A DNA stretch of 64,000 nucleotides from positions 3,100,001 through 3,164,000 of the forward strand of contig OZ361260.1 of assembly GCA_977018835.1 (NCBI GenBank). Reading direction: 5' to 3'. Positions 46,761 to 56,801 of the stretch are shown in pieces. Numbering within the stretch: position 1 is the stretch's first letter; each line of letters starts with the position of its first letter. The position numbers and the translations under genes were made by a program. The stretch comes from Minutocellus sp. GHC0000111 (lineage: Eukaryota). Below the pieces are notes generated by a model, which was given only the letters and a program-made list of their open reading frames with translations, was not told the origin of the DNA and ran no database searches.

Positions 46761-48656
46761 ACAGAAAGAGAAACAAACCCCAATCCCCGTCCAGCGCGAA
46801 GCATCGTGCAATCGAATCGACGATCACACCTTCTTTCGATTTTCTTTGCACTGTCTTGCATTACATCGTCTACATCAGCTTACTCAACACTCACCATCGT
46901 TGATGCCGAAAACGTACGAGGGAAGAGCAATTTCCGGTTGCGCCACGACGAATTGGTCGATGCTGTTGGTTGGTGGACAGAAACCCAAGAGAAAAATTGT
47001 GACGATTCTCACTATAATTTCTGTTCATTGGTGATCGATCATGGTTCCAGACCGTCATCTTTTTACCATCCTCTCAAGAGAACAACCGGAGATAGTGCCG
47101 ATGGGATTGCCATCCTATTCTCCGGACCAAATGAAAAGGCTGACGATGTTATTGCCCGGGATGTTGGCCAGATCGCCTCGGAATCAGTATTGAATGGCAG
47201 TGACCTGAAAGTTATTCGGGTTGTGACCTCTGATCAAGGGCTGAGATCCAGGTGCCGGGTTGCCATCGACGAAGCCTTGGCCCCAAGGACGAAAAAGAAA
47301 AATAAGAAGCCTTCTGGCCGACGAAAGGGATCGTCAAGGAAACGTCGAGCATCTTCAAGTGGCAGCCTTTCTCTGGAATTTTTGCCATCCATTGCTTTTC
47401 TATCACAATTGGAACGAGAACTTGCAAGGCATGGAACAGACAACTCACAAGTAACGATTGGGAATAAGATTTCTTCAGATGTTACGAGTGAAAATCTTGT
47501 AAATGAGCTGCATGAAGATATCGAATTGCGAGGCAAACTGTACCAAGTGGAAACAAGCCTAAGAGACGCCAAAAAGTTATCAAATGCCGGTCAAAAGCGA
47601 ACGCTGATAGAAAAAGGTTGCAAGATAAGCCAACAAATTTACAATTCACGCGATGACAATGGACAAACGATATTGGAACGCATTTTAAAGCCTGATACCA
47701 ATGGTGTTGGCGAGTTGGATATCGAGGAGGCGCTTTTATCGGGTTGGCACGAAATCCGGTGTGACGCTGGAAGGGCCGAGCTCACTGGTGATAGAATGGT
47801 ACAAGCAGAGCATCTGCGACGGCAGCTGGAGAAGCAGGTGGCTGATAGACAGTCAACTGATCCAAGCATGGCCGAGTCTCGTGCATTTAGCCCCTCGGAG
47901 CTTCACTACCATTGTCACAAGCGCTTCCACGGAGGAATACAACGAAGTGACGTGCCATGTACGACCAGCGCCTTTGACAAAGCTGTGGAAAAGATACGGC
48001 TTGTAATTGTTTCGGGCCCTGTTTCATCGGACGTCGAGCCGCTTCCCGAAGGCGATGTGCTTCTTCATACCGGCGATTTTACGATACCTGACGACGATCC
48101 TAGAACACCCACGGGTAAACGAAATGACAAGTCTATCACGGAGTTCGACGAGTGGTTCTCAAGTCATCTTCATCCAATCAAGCTTGTTCTTCGAGGGATG
48201 AAAGATCCTCCCGCTGCAAAAGTTCAATTGCCCAAATCGAAGGCGTTTTATCTGGATAGACCGAGTACAATCTCCTTCGGCGGAGGGAATTTCCTCATGA
48301 CACTTGTACCGTACTGCACCGAGCGAGATTTATCATCAGCATGGAGGCGGCTGCCACATACCTTTGATACACTTGTGTGCCGACAAGTGTTTCATGAGGC
48401 ACAAATGATAGCCAATAGAGTAGAACTGATGTTTTCGGGACCTCCACAACTTTGGTTGGCGGGTGATATTTCTCGTGGAGATTACGGCGAGTATGAGCAT
48501 GTTGTGGCAAAGAGCAGTATTTCTATGCGCGGAACTTCAATCATATGTGGAAAAGAGTGGGACTCTGAAGTTGGTACTGACAATCTCAAACCGTTTGTAG
48601 TCGACCTTACAAAGCATATGGGAAGCGATGAACTGAAGTTTGATATCATAGATTAA
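46758..48656 (+). CDS. YacP-like NYN domain plus degenerate metallophosphoesterase domain protein, probably organelle-targeted
   Basis: Hydrophobic segment ending TSA-Y; IVDAENVRG, LVIDHG, KADDVI and VVTSDQGL acidic NYN-like motifs; LPEGDVLLHTGDFT phosphoesterase motif. Confidence 0.65.
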   Translation: MTERETNPNPRPARSIVQSNRRSHLLSIFFALSCITSSTSAYSTLTIVDAENVRGKSNFRLRHDELVDAVGWWTETQEKNCDDSHYNFCSLVIDHGSRPSSFYHPLKRTTGDSADGIAILFSGPNEKADDVIARDVGQIASESVLNGSDLKVIRVVTSDQGLRSRCRVAIDEALAPRTKKKNKKPSGRRKGSSRKRRASSSGSLSLEFLPSIAFLSQLERELARHGTDNSQVTIGNKISSDVTSENLVNELHEDIELRGKLYQVETSLRDAKKLSNAGQKRTLIEKGCKISQQIYNSRDDNGQTILERILKPDTNGVGELDIEEALLSGWHEIRCDAGRAELTGDRMVQAEHLRRQLEKQVADRQSTDPSMAESRAFSPSELHYHCHKRFHGGIQRSDVPCTTSAFDKAVEKIRLVIVSGPVSSDVEPLPEGDVLLHTGDFTIPDDDPRTPTGKRNDKSITEFDEWFSSHLHPIKLVLRGMKDPPAAKVQLPKSKAFYLDRPSTISFGGGNFLMTLVPYCTERDLSSAWRRLPHTFDTLVCRQVFHEAQMIANRVELMFSGPPQLWLAGDISRGDYGEYEHVVAKSSISMRGTSIICGKEWDSEVGTDNLKPFVVDLTKHMGSDELKFDIID

Positions 48657-48698
48657 AATATTATGGGACTAGGCGACCGAAGAGAGAAAGCTTTTCCA

Positions 48699-50153
48699 CT
48701 AAACTGCCAATCGCATTCGTTTGTTATCGTTTCCTTCGCTACATGTAGTATCGGCCGATGACATACGCTTATTAGCATCAGATTTTGTGCTCACAAGTTC
48801 ACAGTTCAAGAAGCATGAAAGAAAGACCGCAGCCACGACAGGTACAGTCATGGCATTGCCAGCAAGGTCTCGTAACTGCTTATCATCAAACTTTTTCAAT
48901 AACGTGGCATCGTATGGCTTCAACGATATGCCCTGCAAAAGCAGTGCCTCCTCCCCAGTGAACGGTGCCTTTCGGCTGCTGACAATCCATTCATGCTTGG
49001 GAGTGATACATGGGGCAATCGACTTGGCATTACCTTCGTCCTTGGTGAAGCCTGCGTCTGTGAAACGAAGCTGCTGAGCGGGATTCCACAATAGAGGAAC
49101 CGTAAATGGGTCGATACCAGCTTTTTGTGCACGCTTGCATTGCACATCGAGCCTCATCTTGGCGCGATCGGGCAGGAGGGCCAGCGCATCGATGCCCTTG
49201 GTGGCATCCGAGTACGGTCGCCCACCATCATCCTCGTAGGCAGCAAGGCCCTCCTTCTCTTCGATGGACGTGATCTCTGCCAGCCACTTGGCACCGAGAG
49301 AGTCATTCAAAGAATTTCCTCGAGGTTTCTTGCCCTTGTTCTTGGAATACAGGGTGTCCACGTCACTCACCAGGAAATCAGTCCATCCCAATGCCATTTC
49401 TTTGGGCAGTGACTTTCGCTTCGATCCGAGTCGTTCCATGCATTCTACCCATGCCTCTGCGTCATCACCGATGAATTGTGCTTTATCTCTATGACAAAAC
49501 ACAAAGTATGCCCGACGACGAGATTGCGGCAACAGATAATCCGAAGTGCAGAGCTTGGTATGGACGGCATCGTATCCGATATCTCTGAATGCCTGTTCCA
49601 TCTCCTTGGCGGGACAGCTTGCCACATTTTCCAGTATGACGAGCGGTGGTTGTCTCAGCTCAGCCAGATCCACCGTGGCCCAGAATGTGATGGCCGACCG
49701 ACCTCCACCGCGCAGGCCTTTGGGTGTGGTGGTGAGGTTGGAGAAGTCCACGCACTCGGTCCCGGCGATGAGCACGTCGAAGCTTTCGGGCACCTCGCGA
49801 ACCTTGCCGTCGTGGCACTTGCCCTTGCCCTCGGCAATCTCGGTGACGTCGTTGAACAGGAGGGGTGGCTTGGTCGTCGATGCGATGAAGGAGCGTTTGA
49901 AGGGAACGTTTTCACAGGAAAAGACATGGTCCATCTTGGCATGCGGGCTCAGCGACTGTCCATCTCTGTCAGTCAAGGCCTGCAGGACGTGCTCAAGCGC
50001 CATTGTTGGAGCGTCCGTTCCAGAACAGACTGTACCAAGGCGCAGGGGACGCGATAGCCAGCCGCTAGCGCCTATGCGCTTTACTTCATCATCTGTTAGC
50101 ACATCGACGAGGCGGCGGTGCATCCCCGCCACATCTTGAGCATCGGTCACCAT
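48699..50153 (-). CDS. C5 cytosine DNA methyltransferase, DNMT5-like catalytic domain without SNF2 module
   Basis: LRLGTVCSGTDAP (motif I), FSCE, DVLIAGTECVDFS (IV), VILENV (VI), LPQSRRRAY (VIII), LRDLAGNAMTVPVV (X). Confidence 0.88.
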   Translation of the reverse strand: MVTDAQDVAGMHRRLVDVLTDDEVKRIGASGWLSRPLRLGTVCSGTDAPTMALEHVLQALTDRDGQSLSPHAKMDHVFSCENVPFKRSFIASTTKPPLLFNDVTEIAEGKGKCHDGKVREVPESFDVLIAGTECVDFSNLTTTPKGLRGGGRSAITFWATVDLAELRQPPLVILENVASCPAKEMEQAFRDIGYDAVHTKLCTSDYLLPQSRRRAYFVFCHRDKAQFIGDDAEAWVECMERLGSKRKSLPKEMALGWTDFLVSDVDTLYSKNKGKKPRGNSLNDSLGAKWLAEITSIEEKEGLAAYEDDGGRPYSDATKGIDALALLPDRAKMRLDVQCKRAQKAGIDPFTVPLLWNPAQQLRFTDAGFTKDEGNAKSIAPCITPKHEWIVSSRKAPFTGEEALLLQGISLKPYDATLLKKFDDKQLRDLAGNAMTVPVVAAVFLSCFLNCELVSTKSDANKRMSSADTTCSEGNDNKRMRLAV

Positions 50154-50563
50154 CGTGGCGTTTTCAAGTGCCGAAATGCAAGAGAAAAAAATGACGGGTT
50201 TGCCTCTTTGCTTCTCGCCTCTTTGCCGCATTCCTTCTTTTCCTTTATTTTCCTCAAAAAGTCTGTCTGTCCGTCAGTCGCCATCACCATCGCGTTTATC
50301 GCGTTGGATTTTCAGATTGCTTCGCATGAGATTTGGCAGAGGCGACGAGGAACCCTCACTGAAAGGGGTATTATTGCACCTCTTTGGCCAGGCATCTAAG
50401 CGATACAGCAAAGCAAATTGCTGAATGTACTATCCCCCTGCATCTATTTGGCCAGCTGCAAGGTATCGTTGATCTGGATCTGCCGTATCAATAGGAAAAG
50501 CCCCCGTATCTTTTTCGTGCAGTTTCCACCTTCTTCAGTCATTTATCCCGTTGGCACGCAATA

Positions 50564-52457
50564 ATGGCCAGCCCCAGCGAAGCTTCGAGGATGGACGTTG
50601 CCCTGCCCCCTCGTGGACTATCGGAGGAACACAAATATGTTTCCGTTCGAAGGATTTCGGGCCTACAGCCAGTCAGCCAGTCAGCGGCAGCAGAATTAGA
50701 AGCAATGGCAGAGGAGGATTATGCCGAATTGGAAACAGCTGGCAGCGGTAGTGGCAGCTCGCCACAAAAGGCCGACGCCGATGGACATACCACAGTCACC
50801 ACTCCCCCGGCATCCCCGGACCGAATGCGAAGGAGCCACCGCAAAAGCTTCCTTCACCGAGGAGGAATGGGACGGCCTCGTCGGACGTCGGTGTCCGACA
50901 TGCGGAACAAGCTGGCCAACCCCGGCGGGGGAAGCCGGAGGGAGTCCATGACCACCCGCTTCTTTGGCATGCTGGGCGGCATCCACCGCTCTCGCAGTGC
51001 TAGCAGCAGGAGTGTGCTCAGCAGCGTGTCATCCAGCGGGGTCAGCATCCACAAGGAGTCCTACACGGTATTGCAGAAGCTGGTCATGGAGATGAGAGAG
51101 TCTCTGTCTCATTTCGATGATTATGATAGCGATGACACTGACTCCAAAAGCATTGTCCTGGACGATGCCGAATTGGAGAACTGGGCCATCCTCATCTATG
51201 AAAGCATGAGCGCTCCCTCCCGAACCTTTCACGGTGTATCGCACTGCTACGACATTAGTCAGGGGGCCGACCCCATACAAAAGGTATCGGCATTCTTTCA
51301 CGATGTCATCTACTATTCCATCGATGGCGGTCTCAGCCCAGCACAGGAGAAGGTGCTGCATGGCCTCGTGTCGGAAAATCCCGACGACAAGGCCATCACC
51401 TTGTGCGAGGGTACCTTTGACGAACCCACCCGGCTTGTTATTGACATCTTTGGCTTCAAGCCCGGACAGACCCTCAACCCATTCAGTGGACTCAATGAAT
51501 TTCTAAGTGCGGCCATGGCCGTCCGTTGTCTCAAGGATACACTGAGTCTAACCCATTTGGCCAAAATTGCCGTTTGCATCGAAGCGACGATTCCATTCCG
51601 GGCGCCGGATGAGGATGGCAAGACATGCTCGGATCATCTGTTCGAGCGTCTCAAGGAGGCCAATACAACGTACAAGATGGATATGAGTCATCAGGATCTG
51701 GTGGAGGCCGTTCAGCGGGCTGCTGACTTGGCCAATCGAGATGTTGCCAATTTTGCCGTTTGTGATCGAGCAGCATTCCTGTCCAATACGTGGAATCTCC
51801 TCCCGGAGAGCAACATCAGCCTTCGGCATACGCAAAGCTTTCGGATCAGTGACTTTACCTTTGCTTTGAAGAAGATGAGCGGTTTCTTCACCTTCCTCAA
51901 GGCGGAGAACATTTACACGTCATACGACAACAAGCCCACGGCCAAGGAGTTGGCAGACATGACCGAGCGGGCTCGGGCCAACATCGAGGTTTCCAACATT
52001 TACATGCACTGCAAGCTGCTGTCCATATCGGTTCTGTATGCGCTGGCGGAGCTGACCGGTGGCGATGCTCCCATTGCTCTGTTCTTGGGAGATCTGCCAA
52101 CGTCCAAAACCATCTCACCGGCGATTGAGGATTACATCACGTTGTTGCCACCGGCCAAGGGCATCGAGCTAGACATGCGAGTCTTTAAATTGCTCAGAGA
52201 CGGCCGAGATGGGGAGAGTCAGTTCGACATTAAGAACTCACCGCTGGCGGCCTATCTGTACGCGCGCGCTCATGGGCGACAAGGATATGGAAGAAGCGCT
52301 GAAGCTGACCGTATATCCAATGACACCCGATGACGCGACCAAACTACTGGACGCCATTCCGCCGCAGGCCGTGGTCAAAATTGCTCGTTCCTGTGCCAAG
52401 ATTTGCCTCACCCGTGCCAAGAAGCTGGAGGAGATCGCGGCAAAGTATGAGCCGTAG
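50564..52457 (+). CDS. HD-like metal-dependent hydrolase resembling an uncharacterised bacterial family; frameshift at ~52262
   Basis: RTFHGVSH...AFFHDVIYY, GLNEFLSA, IEATIPF, ADLANRDV and FLSNTWNLLPESN motifs. C-terminus continues in the 52209..52457 frame. Confidence 0.65.
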
Positions 52458-52553
52458 CTACTTGTATTGGGCATTTCATAATCGGTTTTAATAAATGAAT
52501 TTTTGTTTTGGTGTACAGATTTTTTTCAAACTACGTCGTATCCTACAATACCG

Positions 52554-53267
52554 ATGAAAGCTCTTCTTCTCTCCTTAGCTCTTCTCTCCCTAGCCGCGGT
52601 GGCTAAGGTGGCGGGAGACGACTGCCTTGATACTTGCCTTGAACGGAAAAGATGCGATAGCTGGCATGAGCAAAGCCCTACAAGACGCCGATGCGAGGAA
52701 CGATGCTTAAAACTTTGTCCCAAGGTCGAAATCGAGGAGCCGCAGACGAACCGCGAAGATGCTCCTAACGAATCGCAACTGTTGCAGACAAACGGTACCT
52801 GCTGCAATATCACCAACATTACGTGGCCCACAAATTTTACCTTTGCTAACATTACCACGACGAACTTGACCGCCAATGCCATCACCGCCGACATGGTGGA
52901 GGTCGCAGGGGTCGTCCAAGCCGAATCGACCGTAGCCTCACGAATCTACGCCCAAGATGTGGTAGCCTCCGGCTTTGTTACCACCGACGGCATTCTGGTC
53001 AAGAATCAGGCAAGCTTCCGCGGTCGGATCGACGCCAAGGCTGTTGCCGCCGACCAACTGGACGCAGCCAAGGCAAACATCGAAAGTATCAGCGGCAGTG
53101 CCGTAGATGTTACGGGCACTCTCACTGCTGGAAGGATTGAGATCAAAGGTGGGATTGCGGACTTGGCCAAGGAATTTGCCTCCCTCCAGCAGCGTGTCAA
53201 GGATCTGGAGGAGAGGCTGTTGCTGGTTGAGAGAGTCAAGGAGTGCCTCATGCAGAAGGATGAGTGA
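52554..53267 (+). CDS. Small secreted protein: Cys-rich N-terminus, N-glycosylation-rich linker, beta-strand repeats, C-terminal coiled coil
   Basis: MKALLLSLALLSLAAVA signal peptide; C..C....C...C...C...C cluster; several NxT sites; FASLQQRVKDLEERL coiled coil. Confidence 0.75.
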   Translation: MKALLLSLALLSLAAVAKVAGDDCLDTCLERKRCDSWHEQSPTRRRCEERCLKLCPKVEIEEPQTNREDAPNESQLLQTNGTCCNITNITWPTNFTFANITTTNLTANAITADMVEVAGVVQAESTVASRIYAQDVVASGFVTTDGILVKNQASFRGRIDAKAVAADQLDAAKANIESISGSAVDVTGTLTAGRIEIKGGIADLAKEFASLQQRVKDLEERLLLVERVKECLMQKDE

Positions 53268-53356
53268 TTAGGCACAAGACACAATCGTAGCAAAGTAGTA
53301 GAGCAGACCCACTCTATCATTATTTAGGCAAAAAATTACCCATATCTTTAGTCAGT

Positions 53357-54523
53357 TCAATCCTCATATCTACCTATCCGAGCGCCTGCACCTGCACCTG
53401 CACCAGCAGCCTCGGCGGCCATGCTGGCCGTCCGCTCGTACTGTCTTCGGCGCTGCGCATTGGGCAAATAATGTCCAGCACAGCTCAACCAAAACACCAA
53501 ACCAGTCAGAACCGCCACACCGGCCAAACACGGCAGTGCCACCATGCATCCATTCTCGTAGGCATTGGGCACGGTCGACAACGCCGCGGCACAGTGCGAC
53601 ACCAGGACGAGGACCAGGGCACCGTTGCCCCCCCGCTTGTTGTTGGCGAGATGATACACGGCCCCGCTGCTGCTGCTGCCGGCGCCGGCAATGTCGATAT
53701 CACCCGAAAAACTAACGGTGGAATTTCGAATCGATGGCCCACCAGCGCCATGCTCGGACGTACCGGGCGTGGGGAGAAGACCCCCCTCGCTCTCAAAGGT
53801 ACCGCCATCCCTCCTCCGTCGCATGCCGTAAAATGTCCACATCATCCACACAATGTCCAGCAGCGAAAACAGATGCGACACGATGGCGGAGTTGACGAGG
53901 CTGGGCATGACCTCGCACGAGGGCTGGTACAGCGTCCCGACGTTGTTGGCCTCGGATGCTAGAAGGGTGCCGTACAGAAGGATGATGTGCATCCCCCCGT
54001 ATCCGGTGCCGGCGGCCAGGCTGGAGGACCAGTCGTTCAGCTCGAGGCGGAGCTTGGCCGATTCCGATGCCGGCGGTTCGTCGTCGTCGTCATTGTTGGC
54101 ATTTGCGTCACCATTGCCGCCGCCATTGTTGTTGCTATTAGCAGCAACATCCTCGGCGCTCCTCCTCCGTCGCCTGCGGGCCGCCGCCGCCTCGGCCCGG
54201 ACCCGCTCCTCGGCCGCCTGATGCCTCCGCACGCTCCGCTCGACGCTGTGCTCGACCTTGTGGTACAGCCACACGAATCCCGCGCGGGTGACGAACTGCG
54301 CGGCGATGCTGGGAAAGATCAGTAGGCAGGGATTGTCCCGCAGGGATGACGGGACCGGCAGCCACAGGAGGCTGGACACTACCGTGGACAGGAGGTAGGC
54401 GAACGCGGCCGTGGTAACGATGATGATGAGGTTGGCCTTGCTGTAGGTCAGGTGGAAGAGGAGGCACAGGGTCGGGGAGAAGGCCAGCAGCGCACAGCCC
54501 GCGGACAGGGCGGCCGTTGTCAT
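53357..54523 (-). CDS. APH1: Gamma-secretase subunit APH-1
   Basis: GCALLAFSP N-terminus, AFAYLLS..VSSLLW, LAAGTGYGGMH, G.LYQPSC and LVSH motifs; seven hydrophobic helices. Confidence 0.88.
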   Translation of the reverse strand: MTTAALSAGCALLAFSPTLCLLFHLTYSKANLIIIVTTAAFAYLLSTVVSSLLWLPVPSSLRDNPCLLIFPSIAAQFVTRAGFVWLYHKVEHSVERSVRRHQAAEERVRAEAAAARRRRRRSAEDVAANSNNNGGGNGDANANNDDDDEPPASESAKLRLELNDWSSSLAAGTGYGGMHIILLYGTLLASEANNVGTLYQPSCEVMPSLVNSAIVSHLFSLLDIVWMMWTFYGMRRRRDGGTFESEGGLLPTPGTSEHGAGGPSIRNSTVSFSGDIDIAGAGSSSSGAVYHLANNKRGGNGALVLVLVSHCAAALSTVPNAYENGCMVALPCLAGVAVLTGLVFWLSCAGHYLPNAQRRRQYERTASMAAEAAGAGAGAGARIGRYED

Positions 54524-54873
54524 GGCTTATAACGGTCTTTTGGCAGTTTAATATAAACTCAAGGATGCGATGTAGTGGCAATGTATGTAACGCAAGCACA
54601 AGCAACGGCCGACGGCATTGGCAAGATTGCCATGGTCTCGTGGCCGAAAACGCGAGGCAGAGCGTTGGGAAAAGTGCAAACGCCGGTGGCTGTATAATTG
54701 ACTCATTCGACCTGAATTCGAGTGGTTGGACCTTCGAAACAGAACGCCAAGATGATGACATTCGAAGCATGCGCGTCGCTTGCTTCGGCTCGCTCGCATT
54801 CGCTCATAAATCTGATCACATAATGCACATAACACAAGAGAATAACACAACACATACAGGGTCAAAAGCCATA

Positions 54874-56775
54874 ATGAGCAGCACAGCTACAGACCACAAG
54901 GGCTCAGGTGGTGCCATCGTCGATGATGTCGAAAGTAGCACAACCACTTCTTGCATTGACACCACCACCACCTTCATCGACGACACTTCTGCAGCCGCAA
55001 CCAACACAGATACTGCGACTACTACCACCCTCCTAACGGCCATCGGCCTCGCCTCTCGCTTGGCCTCTCTCGATGCTCGGCAGTACAAGGAGGAGACGTC
55101 TACGTGTAGCACGTTGTTGTCGTCTTCATCTGCTGATACGAATACCACTTCTGAGCAGGACACAAGCACTTCCATCCAATCTCAGCTGGACGAACTCCAA
55201 TCTCGCTGGATAATCGAGGACACATCGTTGCCCCATCTGATAGAGTCTATACATCGATTGCAATCCAATGCCATCCTGCTGCAAAAGGAGGCCGCCACAG
55301 CCACCGAGGAGGTGGCGACGTTGCAGACTGCCCTGGAAGAATCTAACGCCAAACAAAAGAGACTGGAACGTATCATCCGCAGACTATTTGATGAAAACGA
55401 ACGGCTGCGGCAAAAAATGACCAAGCGACGCAAAAAGAGAGATGAATTTGTGAGAAGTGTTCGGGAAGTCATGGGTGGTTCATGCAAAAAGAGCCTGAAG
55501 GGGGTGACAACGACGACAACGACACGAGACGATTGTAGGAACGACGCAGATGCAGAGGCTCATGTCGCTGCCTCAGATCCCACCCCCGATATTGTTGGCA
55601 AACTCCAAAACCACGAAACTATACTGAAACAAGCATCGTCTGCCACATCGGATTCTATCCGACGACAGCGAGCTCTAACAGCCGATTCGGCGTTGTTTTC
55701 AGATCTGGACGAATCCGCGCAAAGCAGTCCCTTTCGAAGCTACAATTATGATTTTGATTTCAGCAGCGCACGGAGCAGTCGGGTACTGGATAATGTGCAG
55801 GCTGATGGGCATAGTGAAGATGATGATCTTGGTGGCGATGAGGAGTCGTCCGTGACTTCCTCTTCATCGGCTCCTTCGTTGGTGACGGAACGGTCCATGC
55901 CGACTATATCTCTCAAGCCGACAGCCTCATTCCCTCCGTCTACAGCACAGATCGATGCGACCGAGTTGTTGGGAGACGACGAGGAGGATGACATCGAGAT
56001 GCCTTGCAATGTGTACCGCCTGACAATCCCAACAGGGAGACAGATTGGTATTGAATTGCAGCGAGTACCGCTCAAGCCAAGAAAATGCGTCTCGAACGAA
56101 AGAGTCGGAGAGACTGCGCCCCCAAACAATATTCATTTAGATGATTCCTCGGAGCACTCATACACCCTCGCCGATGCTGCCGCAAAGGTTTCATCGGACA
56201 TTAAGGCCATTGGTACCCTACTTAGCAATGTAGGCAAGAGTGCCCTGCTTAGTGTCACGTCAGATGAAGGCCGAGGAAGCAAGGATGAAGAGAATGCATC
56301 GCCTGATTCGGCCTTTTTAGTGTGTGGCTTCTGCCGCACCTTCGATAGCATATTAAACAAGCGACCACCGATCGGATCGCGCCTGATTGCCATTGACGAT
56401 GTGTCTCTAGAGACCGGCGAATGGTCGTCATTTACAAAGGTGAAGGAATGCATTCTCCACAAATCAAGAAACACCAAGTCCAGCACCTTCACATTGATAT
56501 TTCGCTTGGATCCACTCAATGAAGAACAGCGTTCAATATTATCAAAGGCTGTGGCATTTGCTAGAAGGCACGAGGATAATAATCTGATGAGCACATCACA
56601 CCAAATGTCCGAAGAGAAGGAAGATTTCTTGATCGTCCCTTCAACCCCAGTAGAAGAGGAGAACGGCGACCGTGGAAAAATGCAACAAAAGGACCCCCTC
56701 CCACCAGCACCTGGACCAGAAGAGGTCAAGATGGCTCTAAAGGCATTTTCAATGAAGATGAAGGCAATATTGTGA
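54874..56775 (+). CDS. Hypothetical coiled-coil protein with possible degenerate PDZ-like C-terminal domain
   Basis: Heptad region (about 55180-55460); IGIELQ and PPIGSRLIAIDDVSLE segments. ATG 54874 preferred over the track start. Confidence 0.65.
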   Translation: MSSTATDHKGSGGAIVDDVESSTTTSCIDTTTTFIDDTSAAATNTDTATTTTLLTAIGLASRLASLDARQYKEETSTCSTLLSSSSADTNTTSEQDTSTSIQSQLDELQSRWIIEDTSLPHLIESIHRLQSNAILLQKEAATATEEVATLQTALEESNAKQKRLERIIRRLFDENERLRQKMTKRRKKRDEFVRSVREVMGGSCKKSLKGVTTTTTTRDDCRNDADAEAHVAASDPTPDIVGKLQNHETILKQASSATSDSIRRQRALTADSALFSDLDESAQSSPFRSYNYDFDFSSARSSRVLDNVQADGHSEDDDLGGDEESSVTSSSSAPSLVTERSMPTISLKPTASFPPSTAQIDATELLGDDEEDDIEMPCNVYRLTIPTGRQIGIELQRVPLKPRKCVSNERVGETAPPNNIHLDDSSEHSYTLADAAAKVSSDIKAIGTLLSNVGKSALLSVTSDEGRGSKDEENASPDSAFLVCGFCRTFDSILNKRPPIGSRLIAIDDVSLETGEWSSFTKVKECILHKSRNTKSSTFTLIFRLDPLNEEQRSILSKAVAFARRHEDNNLMSTSHQMSEEKEDFLIVPSTPVEEENGDRGKMQQKDPLPPAPGPEEVKMALKAFSMKMKAIL

Positions 56776-56801
56776 TGATTGTAACGCTAATCATAAATTA
56801 G

